Source: Oculina patagonica (taxonomy: Eukaryota). Taken from it: a stretch of 64,000 nucleotides of DNA. Where the stretch lies: contig NC_135758.1 of the NCBI RefSeq assembly GCF_052425735.1, forward strand, positions 35,650,001 to 35,714,000. Direction: 5' to 3'. The notes under the pieces were generated by a model. That model worked only from the letters and a program-made list of their open reading frames with translations, searched no databases and was not told where the DNA came from. Shown one piece after another: positions 13,201 through 27,315 of the stretch. The position numbers were made by a program, and so were the translations under genes. How positions within the stretch are numbered: the first letter of the stretch is position 1; the number at the start of each line of letters is the position of its first letter.

Positions 13201-14865
13201 AAAAAACAAACCCACCCCCCCCCCCCCCCCCCCCCCCCCGGGGGCCACCCACACCCCCCCCCCCCCCCATCAATGAACAGTGATTTATTCATTTCGTCAC
13301 CGACCCATTAGAGACAACGAATGAAGAAAGGAAATTAAAAGTATCGGCAAAATGATAATTACCCGAGTTATCCAGTTTGGTTCTTCGTGATTTTCTTCCT
13401 AATGTAAATAGAAGTACGTTATGTTAACTACTTTCAGTGTTAGTAATACGTTTACTCGTTGCTTTCTCAAGTTCGGTAACGGACTGTGCAATAACTATCG
13501 TGGAAGGGGGGGGGGGAGAGAGAGTGGATATTAAGGAAAATCGATGAAAAGATGCTATGGGATACTCAGAGTAAAAGAATTCACTTGGTTGGGATGGGGG
13601 TGGGGTGATGTCCTGGCAATTTGTTTCCTATTTCCGCTCTCATCGATACCACCATATTTTTTCGAGATAAATAGAAAGACAAGTATTGTTAAAGGTAAGG
13701 GCGAGGACGGACTCAATATGATTGATTTTTCAGTATTTAATGAAACGTTGAAAGTGGTCTGGGTGACGTGCGCTTGTGTCAGTCTAATGACCAAAGGCAA
13801 TGGAAAGTTATTCCATTTTTCTTAGTGAAATATACACACTTCCAGATATTTCCTGGAAAGATCTAGAGGAGAATAAAGCTGAGACTTCGACGGCTAAACA
13901 AGTGAAGATCTCCCAAATATATATCTTAAGGACATGATTACTTTGCGTCAGTCTGAATGTTAACCTGTTACAACTACTTATAGCCTCGACTCGTTTCGTT
14001 ACTTATACTATTTATGTTCTCGAAGATATTAGCCTTTTTAGGCTACTCTGTAATTCGAGTATAAATAAAGGTCATGTAATGTAAAATCTATCTCAAGCAG
14101 CATGAGCCTAAGGGAAGTGGAAATAAAGCGACACTGGTAGCACGAGTTCTTCATTACGCTCGTGGTTATCCTTATTTCATTTCACCAGAAACTCAAGGGA
14201 ATGGGGAACGGGACACTTAATATTTCAGTGTAAGCGAATCCGCAATTGCAATCACTGCAAATGAGTCAGAAAGCGAATCATATTTGGAAGTTGCATTGCT
14301 GAACTTTGCTACAACTTTTTCTGTTGTACTGTTACAATTCAACGTTCAGTAGTATTTTTTCGTGTTTCACAAGCGCATCTTAAGAGAATCCAGGTGTCGT
14401 TTATGTGTATCGAAGGGGGGAGGGGATGCTGGGCGTATAATTTCGTACTAGGTAACACCCGTTTTTCAAAGCGTCGGTTCGTGTCTTCACATCAAATAAG
14501 CGGTATTTCATGTTCAAAGCGTGGGTTCGCGTCATCACATGTAATACAGGCGTTGAATTGAGAAATTGGTGGTCTGAATGAGGCACGAATAGCTAAATAT
14601 TTAATTATCGACTTCTTAATCAAACCGATCACGCAACTGATCGCCAAATTCTTCCTTGCGGTGCATTGGCGAAATTTGACCTGACCTGTACAAATTTACG
14701 CTACCCACTGCCCCAGTGCAGCTAATTTGTCACGACTGACAATTTTCCGATTAGTCACGAGCTTTTCCGGCCAAACTCCCTCAGCGCAATCAAGAACAAA
14801 AGGACTATTGTTTTGCGCTTAATGGGAAAAGTTGAGCCACAACAAAAGACTATTTCTTGATACGG

Positions 14866-14941
14866 AAGTAACTTAGGTAGTGCGTCCCTCATGAACTGTG
14901 ACAGTTCATGATCACGAGGGACGCACTACCCAAGTTACTTC
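14866..14941. repeat. Short hairpin or miniature inverted repeat
   Basis: gaagtaactt.ggtagtgcgtccc...gggacgcactacc.aagttacttc. Confidence 0.6.
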
Positions 14942-15780
14942 TTTGGAAGACGGGTGTTACCTAACTATCATCGGCTGTACTCCCTATGTATTTTCTCGGA
15001 GGAAATATGATGTAAATCCACTTTTTCATATATTTGCTATCATAATTTGATACAAATTATCACGCACTTTTTATGTCCCAAACCAATTTATTGGTTTTCG
15101 GGCATTTAAAGGCGACACTAAAGCTTTGAGCTTTGCAATGCAAAATTTTACGCTTATGGAAGATGGATATATTTTATAAAATGCTGTAAAATTCGCTTCA
15201 GTGGAGTTGTAAAATCGCATTTATTATCGGGCAATTGGAGGGGCTTCAACCACCTCACTTCTCTTCCTTTTGGCATGCAATCTTACTTCCTTATGTTCTG
15301 TGCTGTTTCCAGAAGAGGAAAAGGAGTAATTAAGTGATATGACAGAGGCAGGTCCACATATGTAAATAAGCAAATCAGAAGGTTGTTGATTATACTTTAT
15401 TATAATCATTTGCATGCAAGAAAAACGTGCTTGTGTGTGAGCAAGTGGGTTAGTTACTACTATGCATATATGGTAACAGTTTAACAAATATTTAATAACT
15501 AACCTGTACATGTAAACGGCCTTGATCTTCACGTCCCTGCACTAGCGAGGTGCTTTGCTGCGGGTCATTTTGGCTCTGCTTGAAGTAAACACAGTTATAA
15601 TACGTAAGACGTAAGTCTAGTTAATATAGCTAATTCATGGGCGTCGCATCATAACTTCCTTAGTAGTGACCATCCTTGTTCGTTGTCGGTTTGTTATTAC
15701 GTCTGTGGTTTGTTCCTACCTTTCAACTTCAAATTATTATTTTTGTTTATAACATAGGTAGCAGAGCCGCGTAATCAGTA

Positions 15781-15955
15781 CAGTCAACTCTCGTTATAGC
15801 GGACACGCTCGGGGCGTCGTTTAGTGTCCGTTATAGCGAGAGTCCGTAATAGCGGGAGTCATTTCCAGTCAAACCTCCTTCAACTGGGATCAGGATTTTG
15901 TCCGTAATAGCGAGTGGCCGCAATAGCAGGGTGTCCGCAAGGCGAGAGTTGACTG
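15781..15955. mobile_element. Tc1/mariner (pogo-type) MITE with TA TSD
   Basis: ta|cagtcaactctcg...cgagagttgactg|ta, with internal gtccgt.atagcg repeats. Confidence 0.8.
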
Positions 15956-17556
15956 TATACGTAAGCGTGCAATAGTGGACGCCCATAGCGTGAGCAAATC
16001 TTTTTGTCACGTACACTTCCACCTGCAATGTTATAAAGCAATTGGTTTATGCTTTAGCGTGCACCAGATATCGAGTCATGGTACACGCGGGAAGCTTTGA
16101 GAACACTTATTAAGCTAGAGTTGCTCTCGGCTAACGCATCGAGCAACCCTTTTTCGAAGAAAAAAAAACGAATGCATTTTTTTCTAAATTAAGTTAACCG
16201 TCAGCGAATAAATAATACGGTGTCAGTGTATTTGAACAGCATCTTGTCTTTAACTGGAAAAAGTCAGCCTACCAGTCAATCAGCACTTTGTCAAAAGTGG
16301 CGGGCTGACTGTTTCATTTTCATACCGTTTTCCCGCACAAGCTCGCTCATTTAAAGTTTTTGTTTTACCTTATTTCTTAATTTACATTACACGAAAATGT
16401 ACCAACAGAATCGTAGGATTTAAATTTCGAAGAACTTGGAAGAAAAACGTTTTCTTGTGTGAATAAATGATAAAGAATTGAAGATAATTAAAAATTAAAG
16501 TAATTTTTATTTACTGCCCTCTGTTTCCTCGACGACCTGAGAAAACGACAAATAGATGACAAACAGAAAGTTAGTTACAGCGGAGCCCTTAACACCGGAT
16601 CTAAATAACATTGTCAATTTAACTAGAAGGGGCAAGATTTTGATAAATTGTGAGTTATTAATCTCGATCTTCACAAAATTAACCAGATTCACCTTCGGAC
16701 GTGCATGCAAATTCATACTCTCACCGAGGTACAAGAGAGGGGGGGGGGGGGCTATTACTGTTAATTCGCAGCGAAATTATTTTGCACTGGGTAAAAGACC
16801 CTTAGCTTACTATACAAGATGACATAATTTTTGTTGGCTGTGACGTCATATGACGTTGCTACAGCCACCATCTTGGATGATTTCGCTTTATTTTAGAAAG
16901 TCAAAAAATAAGGAAATTGATATAAAATCAAGCTATAATGCTAATGGCATGCGAAATTAAACAAATCGCACAGTTTTGTTTTGCAAAATCTGGAAAATAA
17001 AAAATTATGTCGAAAGTGACGATTTTTGGTCAAACCTGCTTGTAATTATGACCTTGTCATGGCAACTTCACAAATTATGGACACATAGTTCACACAGCAA
17101 AATGTTTGCAAGGAATAAATGAACGGCTACTGAAGGTTTCAGTATCATAGAGTAAATCCCCTTTTCAAAATTAAGAAAAAAACCTCCGGGGGCGGCGGTG
17201 GCATCAAAAAAGCCCGAGGTTTATTTCCCATTGAGGTTTAATATCATTGTCCGCAAAAATGGCCCTCTGATATGCTAGACATAAAACCACTATCTAATCA
17301 AATAAGATCTCGGGGACAACGGAGACCGAGCGAGAAAAGGAATTCCTTAATGATAATGAGCTATCTTACCTCTTTACAGCAACAAGTTTTACAGAAGTTT
17401 GGTCGAAAACAGTACAAAAAATAGTACACGATGTTGAAAGGCACGGGAATAGTATTGCCTTCGTCGATCCATTCCAGCCACATCTGGGTTCTTGAGAATT
17501 GCCACTCTACAATAGCGTTTTCCTACGAAAGAAGACTTTGGTTTGTAATCGATCGC

Positions 17557-18056
17557 NNNNNNNNNNNNNNNNNNNNNNNNNNNNNNNNNNNNNNNNNNNN
17601 NNNNNNNNNNNNNNNNNNNNNNNNNNNNNNNNNNNNNNNNNNNNNNNNNNNNNNNNNNNNNNNNNNNNNNNNNNNNNNNNNNNNNNNNNNNNNNNNNNNN
17701 NNNNNNNNNNNNNNNNNNNNNNNNNNNNNNNNNNNNNNNNNNNNNNNNNNNNNNNNNNNNNNNNNNNNNNNNNNNNNNNNNNNNNNNNNNNNNNNNNNNN
17801 NNNNNNNNNNNNNNNNNNNNNNNNNNNNNNNNNNNNNNNNNNNNNNNNNNNNNNNNNNNNNNNNNNNNNNNNNNNNNNNNNNNNNNNNNNNNNNNNNNNN
17901 NNNNNNNNNNNNNNNNNNNNNNNNNNNNNNNNNNNNNNNNNNNNNNNNNNNNNNNNNNNNNNNNNNNNNNNNNNNNNNNNNNNNNNNNNNNNNNNNNNNN
18001 NNNNNNNNNNNNNNNNNNNNNNNNNNNNNNNNNNNNNNNNNNNNNNNNNNNNNNNN
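17557..18056. other. Assembly gap (500 N)
   Basis: Run of N. Confidence 1.
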
Positions 18057-21000
18057 GTTTATTTGGGATTTTTTATTGATTTCTCGTATGTATTTCAGAA
18101 AATATCGATTAAGGGTGATTTATTATTTGAATACAAAAAATCCAAATCAATAAATGTTCCTTGACAAATTATATATTCTAAATCCATTGTTTATCTCTTG
18201 TCCATGCGAAATTTGTAATTTTTTTTGATAACAATTTAGAAAAAAATAAAGAATAAAGTTTTGAAAAGACAAAAACATAATGATAAGCTAAAAAAGCTTA
18301 AAAATATACGAACTGTTGGTCAGTGTTTTTCGACTTTCAAGAATTGCTTGCCTGAATAAAGACTTCTTTCAATATATTAGTGGAAATCCATATGACTTTG
18401 ACAAATTCAAATTGTGTTTGGCAGTAAATTGGTCTTTAGCTTATAGTGACAGGTGATCTTAATTTCTTCTTTTTGGGGGTCTTTTGTTCAGCATTGAGTT
18501 TGACAAATCTACCCGCGTTCAGTGTCTGGAATGATCTCCTGTTTTTCGAATTAACTTTAAATAAGCAAGAATCAACAGCGTTTTATGCAATTTGGCTTTG
18601 TAGAAAATTTTAAGCAGCTAAAACCTTTTTGACCCTTCTTCCCCATTACTTTTTAAATCTAAAAATCAGATTAAAATAACCTATCAATTTGACAGCCCGC
18701 GGGAAAGAGATTTCAAACTAAAATCTTCACCGCCATTTGGGAGAATTGTTCTCGCTTTTTGTCGAGAATGTGACTCTCTATCTAAATATTTTGTTAACTG
18801 AAAGAAAACATTTTCCCAAAGAAATCTTACATGCTTGATGCCACATCAATCGATAATCGATCGCAGCCTTCGATTTTGTTTTGACTCACAAGCAAATCGA
18901 TTTATAACATAATTATAGCCCAAAAAAATAGTTATAAACGTTTTAGTAAATGTCAATAATGAAATGGCAGACTGCAAAGTAACTCAACTTAAGCTGGTCA
19001 ATAAAAACCTGGAAGCTTTGGAAGTTTCCCTCCCAAGTAGTCGATTTTATGTCGTGTATTTCTGGTATAGGTTAGACGCAAAAACTATGAAATCCGTGAT
19101 AAGTTCTGACCCACATCACTTCCTTGCATGGTAATGCATATTATAGGGTCATTAACTCTAACCGCGTTTTTGTCAATCTAATTTTTCTGTTAAAAAGCAC
19201 AGTATGATAGTCTTTTGTGAGGGTCTGGAAGAGATTTTTCCTAGCTTACGAGCAAATCCACTACCGAGTATTAAACGTTAAACTTTTATTTAGTGTCAAT
19301 ACTGAAATGGTTGACTGCGAAATAAATCAACCACTTGGGCCGCGGTAAATGCCCAGAAACTTTGAAGCTAGTTTTCCACCCTAGTTGTCGATTTTAGGTG
19401 ATGTATTGTCACTGAGCTAAAGTTTGTCAATATTGAAACTCGCTACTATTCTCTGCGGAATCAACAAAGTATTGTTTATACTGATCGGGGTTTGGCGAGT
19501 GAGCAAATTTACCGTAAACCTTTTTTTATAATGCGCTTTAAAACGCATTCACTAGTTATAAAGACGTTTTCACTTGTAATGTGAATGAAATACTATTAAC
19601 CGCGCAAAACAAAACTTGAAGTACTCTCACAGGTGTTTCGATATGTTTTAATCAAAACTAATAAAATTGACCAAAAAATTATTTGTTTTGACAAAACAAC
19701 AGTTCTCTCCCTGAAATGTGGCCACTGGATTTAAGGACCTGAATTTAAGGCATTTTTGCATTTATGTTATCTCACTCTTATCAAGAATCCTGTCTTTACA
19801 TGCTTGCCAGCTAAAACGTCTTGTGAGGGTGATTACTGTACTGAAAGGCTTTAAAATACAGGATCGTTATTAATTTGATTGTTCCAGCCCTATAACTTCC
19901 GCCGTTAGGAGGACACGTTGTCTACGGCACTTCACGTTTATTTTAGGGAAAATCACGAACATTTTTACAGGAACAAAAAGACTCAGAGATGAGGAGTCTA
20001 AAAGACGCCCAATAGAATTTCTCTTCTCAATGTCCATGGCGATTAACGGAAGTTTAAATTTTAATTTGATTGATTCTTTTACATATACCATCACAACCGC
20101 TACCCATAACAGTAATCGGAAATGTTTGTTAATATTTTTCAAAGAGACTTTCGTGTAACTTGTAAATTAAAACGCTTGGGCGTATTTAAGACTTGCTAAA
20201 TTAATAATAAAAGATGTTCACCAATAATGTTGAAAATGTGTTACTGCAAGACTTGAGAGGAAGCGCCATAATATAGTCTCAAACATGCGATTTTGATTAT
20301 ATTTCTAAAATAAATTATGTAAAATAATAATGAAGAAACCGATGTGTTTTTAATCACAGTAGCTGTTATGGTATTATTCAGTGCATTTACCATTCTATCA
20401 AAATGCATTTCTATTTAGGTGTAATCCTGATAATATGTAAAAAAAACCAACTGTCCAGACGTTTCATTTAGTTGTAATGCATGCGGCGAAGATGTTTGAA
20501 CCTTTGCTTTAATAAACCTTTTTTCACACGTTCGTGGTATATATACACAACTAAGCTTATTGGCAATATATATCACCAGCTCGAAATGAATATGAAGGAA
20601 CCGATTTAAACGACACGTAAACATACCGTCGTTATTTGCTTAATGAAATGAGTTTTTAGATCCTTACCAACGATGTATATACAAAAGTGATATCAGTTTG
20701 TTGAATCTTGAGCAAAAGAAATCAAATAAACCACTGTTTTTCTTGACCAGGGAACGCGGTTCATTTTTTGATCAAGGTATATTACAGAGGGCGCCTTTTA
20801 AAGCTCTTCAGTTACACCAGTGCACTGCTTTAAGAAATCGCACTGCACGCTGTAAAATAACACCTGCTATCGGCTGACTTTTATAGAAATGCTCCATGAA
20901 AGGAACATAGCCTCAGTAATATAACTTGCTCGATCTAAACATTAACGGTTTGCCGGAGCAGAAAAGAGGCAAAAAAGCCATGGCTCATTAACTGTAAACA

Positions 21001-21170
21001 AAATGTAGCTTTGGTAACATATAGAACTTTAAATGTAACACAACGGCAAAATGAACTGTATAACCTTATCAGCATGAAAGAGGTTATACATCACAACATG
21101 ATGGCTTGGCAAATTCAGTTTTCCCTTAAAATTTATCTTCTTTATTTCATAAAAGAGGTTATCAACAGTA

Positions 21171-22043
21171 TCACATTTCGATGGTGGGGACGCGTCCGTT
21201 TTCTCTTGCAATAAGCTTCTTTATTTCCCTCTGAATGTCCCTCTTTAAAAACGCGTAAACCAAAGGATTAACTGCGGAGTTAAGAACCAAAAGCAATGAA
21301 ACGATCTGACCAGCCTTATCAGACAGTTTGCAGGAGAGCGTAATGCAGAGAACTAAACAGTTTACTACAATGTAGCAACCCAAGAAGAACAAGACTAAAG
21401 TAATTATGAAAAAAGCAGTGTTGTGCTTCCTATGTCTGCGCACGCTTGAGGCTTCGGTGGAAAATTGGTTAGATTGAACTTGTAGTTCCATCGCCGCTTC
21501 TTGGCGCGACTGTGCGCGCGCAACAACTAGGATACGAACAACGGCATAGAAGAGCAACACGCAGGATATTATGTCAAAAGCAGAGACGCCAATTAATCGT
21601 AAAAATTTCAGAGCGGTGTTGGAATTTGTGGCGTACATTCCTACCAAAAGTGACAGCGCGATTGCGAAGGCAATCAGCCATGCTGCCGAGATAACCACCC
21701 CAGGCCGTCTCTTAGTCACGCAGGTATTGTATTTAAATGGATGAACGATGGCGATGTAACGATCCAAAGTCAAAACGCAAAGATTTGTTACCGACGAGTG
21801 GAGGAAGAACCAGAAGAATGCCATGTACACCCTGAAGTTGCACGCCATTGATTTATTACAAAAATATCCTGGTGGAAAAACAGCGATTCCGACCCCAAAG
21901 TCGGCTACTGCCAAGGAAAGGACGAACCAGTTGGCCGAGGAATGCAGTCGGCAATTTTTGGCGACCAGAAAGACTACAAAGCTGTTTCCTGCTAATGTTG
22001 CGATTGAAAGTAGCCAGCCTATAGAGTTGAGTAGCTTTTCCAT
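21171..22043 (-). CDS. Intronless class A GPCR, orphan, short-N-terminus family (paralog 1)
   Basis: GN in TM1, FVLSLAVAD, DRY, NSAVNPLVY. The start is taken at the ATG of MEKLL because it aligns with the starts of the paralogs at 58816 and 62145. Confidence 0.92.
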   Translation of the reverse strand: MEKLLNSIGWLLSIATLAGNSFVVFLVAKNCRLHSSANWFVLSLAVADFGVGIAVFPPGYFCNKSMACNFRVYMAFFWFFLHSSVTNLCVLTLDRYIAIVHPFKYNTCVTKRRPGVVISAAWLIAFAIALSLLVGMYATNSNTALKFLRLIGVSAFDIISCVLLFYAVVRILVVARAQSRQEAAMELQVQSNQFSTEASSVRRHRKHNTAFFIITLVLFFLGCYIVVNCLVLCITLSCKLSDKAGQIVSLLLVLNSAVNPLVYAFLKRDIQREIKKLIARENGRVPTIEM

Positions 22044-24363
22044 TTCAGTTGGACGTTTATCACTCAGCTTAGATAAGCGGCGACGTGTTGAACTGTGAGA
22101 GGGAACAAAGATCAAGAATATCCAATGCGCTTTTTCAAAGTATGATTACCAACTCTGAATATGCTTTCTACAGTTTATATTGCCGCTGTTTAATAACGTT
22201 AGCGTAAACGTGCTTTGCTGAAATGACGTTTATGCGCAAGTTTCAGTTTCCATCCTTGTCAGGACATATGACAATCAATCGCCGGATAAACGTAATAAAT
22301 AATTAAACACATTGAATTGGAAAAACATAGTTATTGTCTGTTTCGCTTATAATGAATTAATTAAAGGTGAGAGTTTTAACTTCTACGTTCTGTTTATTGT
22401 AATTTTATTTATGCAATGGCGTCTCACAGAGAAAACAACCTTTTTCGCTAACGTTTTAAAGTATGATGGGAAATATTTTTTAAAAGGAATGAAAATGTCC
22501 AAACGCTTCAAGATAAACTGTATATTTATGCTCATCGGTTTATCAGTTTGTTGATAAAGCTGTTTATATAAAGCACGTTTCTTATTAGATTCTAACAAAT
22601 ATACCTATAGTTGTATTTACATTCTGGATAGAAAAGAGAGACAGTTAAGGTCAAACATTTTTGGTAATGCGCATGACACTAAGTCATGAACTCGAAGAGA
22701 GTTAGCTTAAAACTAATTTTCTATTTTACAAGTCGACTAGAATTGTTTATTTTTCCTTCTGCTAAATTATGAATGATATAATTATAATGAACATTTTGCG
22801 GACATGGCCGCAGGAGCATTGCCAAACTATAAGCTTCGTCATACACGTAGTTGGATCCAATTTTGCGTCCCGCTCCCCTGGTCGCGCTATTTGTCAATAC
22901 CCTAAGATATCAGTAATGTTTTGAACATTCATGCAGGGAAGGAAAATATGTGGAAAAGAGTTGTTATGTTTATGTTAGAGTTTAATCATGCTTAAGGTCA
23001 AAAATGGCCTATACAATTCCAGACCCTCTTACACTTGCCCTTGAGCTGGCTTATAATAAATGGGGAAGTTAGAGCATATCTCCGGCATGTAAATATTTCA
23101 TGTTGTTCTTCTCAGTCACGAATTGTCGGTGTTTCACGTTTCATCTCAGGTACGTGTTGTAAATATTTGTTTGGGAAACGCATAAACTTTGGAAGGTTCC
23201 CGCCAAGTGGATGAATAGACTCAGTATTATTAATATTGACATCTACAGCTATATTTATTAACTTTGCCACTACATTTTATTCACTTTGAATACATGCTGT
23301 TACTTTAATTTGTCATGTTGCACTAAATTGAATGTTGAATAAAATTAAATGAGAACCGGTTTAATTTGCTACCAACTAAAGAAAAATAAGTGTTTATTAA
23401 AAAATCAGTGCCGTCGTGGGCGAGGAGGTCGTGGCAGGTGGCCCAGCATCAATGATCAAAAGGCCTATTCGATTTAATAAAATTCTAAATAACTTGGTTT
23501 TGAAACCGTGATGGGGAATTAATAACATCGAGCTGCGTGGGATTTGACGAAACAGATTGTCTTACCCCGTTCTTACCTCTTTCCCCGTGGCCAAGTTTGA
23601 ATTTTAGTACAAATAAACATGCCTATTTTCGTGACGTTTCAAAAATTCATCGGGGAACGTGTTATGCCATTTTTCGCTCACGTGACTTGACGGTTCTATG
23701 CTAAGGTAACCATGTTTCGTCAGGCTGCAGTAGCAAATTTTAGAATTCTTTCCCTTGATAGGAGCGGTTCTAGTTATTTGGTTGTTTTTGTTAAGTTTCT
23801 TTTAACGTTGTTTTTTTCTTTTTTTTTTTCGAGTTCCTACAGTCAATCTAAAAGACAAAGTGAGACCGATTTAAATAAAAAATAGTTAAAACCTTATATC
23901 AAAATATACCTTATATAATCTTATTAACAACGAAAATATGCTAATGAGAGACTAACGAGTTATTTATCTTCAATCAGGCAGCTTTTGCGAAGGTCTTAAT
24001 CTATGGTAGAAATATATCAAATCGTGTGGAGGTTTATCGATTTTCGTGCAAACCGAGCGAAAAAAAAAGTAACAACACTTTATAGAAATGCTTCATGAAA
24101 GAGGTACATAGCCTTAGTAATTTAACTTGCTCGATATAAAAATTTAAGGTTTGCCGGAGCAGAAAAAAGGCAAAAAAGCCATATGGCTCATTAACTGTAT
24201 ACAAAATGTAGCTTTGGTAATATATAGTTATATGTAAAAAGGAAACTGTATAACTGTTTCGGTACGAAAGACCTTATAAGTCACAACATGATGGCTGGGC
24301 AACTTAATCAGTTTTCTCTTTAAAATTATCTTCCTTATTTCATAAAAGAGGTTATTAACAGTA

Positions 24364-25245
24364 TCACATCTCTATGGTGTGCGCACGTCCGTTTTCTCTT
24401 GCAATAAGCTTCTTTATTTTCCACTTAATGTCGCTCTTTAAAAACGCGTAAACCAAAGGATTAACTGCAGAGTTCAGAACCAAGAGCAAAGAGACGATCT
24501 GACCAGCCTTATCAGACAGTTTGCAGGAGAACGTAATGCAGAGAACTAAACAACTTACTACTATGTAGCAACCCAAGAAGAACAAGACTAAAGTAATTAT
24601 GAAGAAAGCTGTGTTGTGCTTCCTATGTCTGCGCACGTTTGAGGCTTCAGTGGAAAATTGGTTAGATTGAACTTGTATTTCTATCTATTTCTATCCAACT
24701 TCTTGGCGCGATTGTGCGTGCGCAACAGCTAGGATGCGAACAACGGCATAGAAGAGCAACACGCAGGATATTATGTCAAAGGCAGAGACGCCGATTAATC
24801 GTAAAACATTCAGAGCAGCGTTGCATGTTGTGGCGTACATTCCCACTAAAAGTGACAATGAGATAGCGAAGGCAATCAGTCATGCTGCCAAGATAACCAA
24901 TCCATGCCGTCTCTTAGTCATAGAGGTATTGTATTTAAAAGGATGAACGATGGAGATGTAACGATCCCAAGTCAAGACGCAAAGATTTGTGACGGAAGAG
25001 TGAAGCAAAAACCAGAAAAATGTCATGTACACCCTGAAGTTGCATGCCATTAAGTTATTACAAACATTTCCTGGTGGAAAAACAGCGATTGCGACTCAAA
25101 AGTCGGCCACTGCCAAGGAAAGGACGAACCAGTTGGCCGAGGAATGTAGTCGGCGATTTTTGGCGACAAGAAAGACTACAAAGCTGTTTCCTGCTACTGT
25201 TGCGATTGAAAGTAGCCAGCCTATAGATCTGAGTAGTTTTTCCAT
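24364..25245 (-). pseudogene. GPCR pseudogene (duplicate of 21171-22043)
   Basis: Trp4.50 codon TGG>TGA at 24880-24882. A tandem tatttctatc duplication disrupts the sequence near 24676-24696. Otherwise colinear with paralog 1. Confidence 0.88.
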
Positions 25246-26363
25246 TTTAGGTGGACTTCTAACACTCAGCTTAGATAAGCGGCAATCTCTTGGACTGCGA
25301 GGAGAAGAAAAATCAAGAATATCAAATGTGCTTTATCAAAGTATTATCAGGAGCTCTGCGAATGCTTTCTTCAGTTTGTATTGCCGCTGTTTAATACGTT
25401 TCCGTCAGCGAAAACGTGCTTTGCTGAGTTTCAGTTTCCAGTTCAGTTTTCATCTTTGTCAGGACAGATGACTCACAATCAATCACCCGATAAACGTAAT
25501 ATAATTAACCATTGAATTGGAAAAATAAAGTTATTTTCTGTTTCGCCTATAGTGAATTAAAGATGAGAGTTTGAACTTTTTAATACGTTCTGTTTATTGG
25601 AATTTTAATTTAGGCAATGGCGTCTCACAGAGAAAACGAACTTATCGCTAACGTTATAAAGTCTGGAGTATGATGGGAAATATTTTCTGAAACGAATGGA
25701 AATGTCCAAACGCTACAAGATAAACTGTTTATTTATGCCCATTGTTTATCATTTGTTGAAAAAGTTGTTTATATAATGCAAGTTTTTTATTAAATTGTCA
25801 CGAATATACTTTTAGTTGAATTTTAAAGTCTGGGAAAAATGAGAGGCAAGATCAAACCTTTTTTGGTAGTTAAATTGAGACAGTAAGTCATGAGCTCGAA
25901 ACCAGTAAGCTGAAAACTAATTTTCTGTTTTACAATTCCACTAGAATAAGCTTTTTTTGAGGGACTGGTCGACTAAATATTATAGCGGCTTAAACACCTT
26001 ATTCTCTTTTATCCGATATTTTTTTATTACAAAAAAAAAAAAAAAAAAACATTTTGCGGACACTACTGCCGCAGGAAGATTGTCAGACTAAACTTCCTCG
26101 TCACCCCGCACGCACTTTGAATTACGTTGCGCTGTTTGTCAACTGATATGTCTGCTTAATTAAGATATCAGTCATGCAATTCCTGGTTACCAAGATAAAA
26201 TAAATGAAAGAGAGAAGTCTGGCCATATAAGGGTCTGGCCATATAAAATGGCCATATATTTTCAGACCCTTTTATAATATTACGCCGGCTCTTGGGCTGG
26301 CTGATAATGAACGGGAGCATATCTCCGGCACTTATTGTAAATGTTTCATTGTGTTCTTCTCAG

Positions 26364-27315
26364 CACAGGCGGCCCAAGCTCACAATAAGAGGAGTTTATA
26401 CAGTAATTCATATGTTAATTGTATGCAAAAACGTGACTCTCGCCTTGCACCATATGGAGGTGTTGTGTTACGGCGGGTTGCACTTATGTTTATGTAAAAG
26501 CCAAGCTCTCGATGATGAGATTTTACTCTAATTTAAAATTACCCAGAAATATGTTGCAATTTTTAAATAAAAATCAATTTTTCCTATCGCGCCGTCTTAT
26601 TTGATGTAAACAGACAATTAGCCGATTTATTTGTGCGGTAAGCCTGACATGTTCGTGCGCGATAAGGCTAAGGGCTCCGCACGCGAGCGGTGTTTTGTTA
26701 CATGATGACCGTTGTCCGTTGGGTCGAATGTAAATTTCAAAAATATAAGGATTTGTATTGAACGAAACGAAGGTGGTTAGCAAGCCAAATATGTTTGAAA
26801 ATTTTCAATAAAAATGACTTACCTTGCCTCTACGACGCTGTTGGTGAAGTTTGCGTCCTCTCTGAGCAGATCGTTGGCGATTTAATGCCATTTTAGCCGA
26901 TTTTTTTTTTCGCGCTGTCCCCTCTCTACCAAAAGAAGGAGAAGGCTGTACACTAGTTCCTAAGGAGGCATGCCTTCTGGAGCGAAAAATCCTACTTCCA
27001 AATTCTCCAGAGACCAAAAAACCTCGACAATCTTGCAGCCCGAAGGTTGCTCTTTGCATGGAATGCCACTGCTAAACAATCCGTACATTTTCCATCACAC
27101 AACTCTACATTTTTCTTCTCGAAATCTAGACACACGTTCGCTCGAAGCCTGGCTTAGTAGCCAAGTCTCCACGCAAAAGTAACTCCTCCAGGGACGCCGA
27201 GGGTCCGATGTCGAGCAACAAACTACCTACCGGCCACTGTACCCTCGGAGAAATTCGACTCCGGGTCATTGTCTTAAATAGCCAATCGCAACGACGCCGG
27301 GTCGTGTTTACGTCT
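26364..27315 (+). repeat. Left long TIR (alpha variant)
   Basis: Reverse complement of 35673-36753 apart from indels. Its outer ~520 bp matches 37405-37923. Confidence 0.92.

Larger units (their letters stand above)
20878..26363. repeat. Tandem segmental duplication of the GPCR locus (~20880-23270 versus ~24080-26363, continuing at 37924-38073)
   Basis: Colinear similarity of the 3' flank, CDS and 5' flank. Copy 2 is split by the P elements and resumes at 37924. Confidence 0.9.

Noticed and set aside
13020-13292. Gly-rich ORFs
   Set aside because: Produced by poly-C homopolymer tracts of uncertain length.
17431-18164. Long ORFs spanning N runs (also near 38000, 45000 and 61000)
   Set aside because: Artefacts of assembly gaps.
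22044-22115. N-terminal extension of the 314-aa GPCR ORF
   Set aside because: It starts at a non-ATG codon and the paralogs begin at the downstream ATG.
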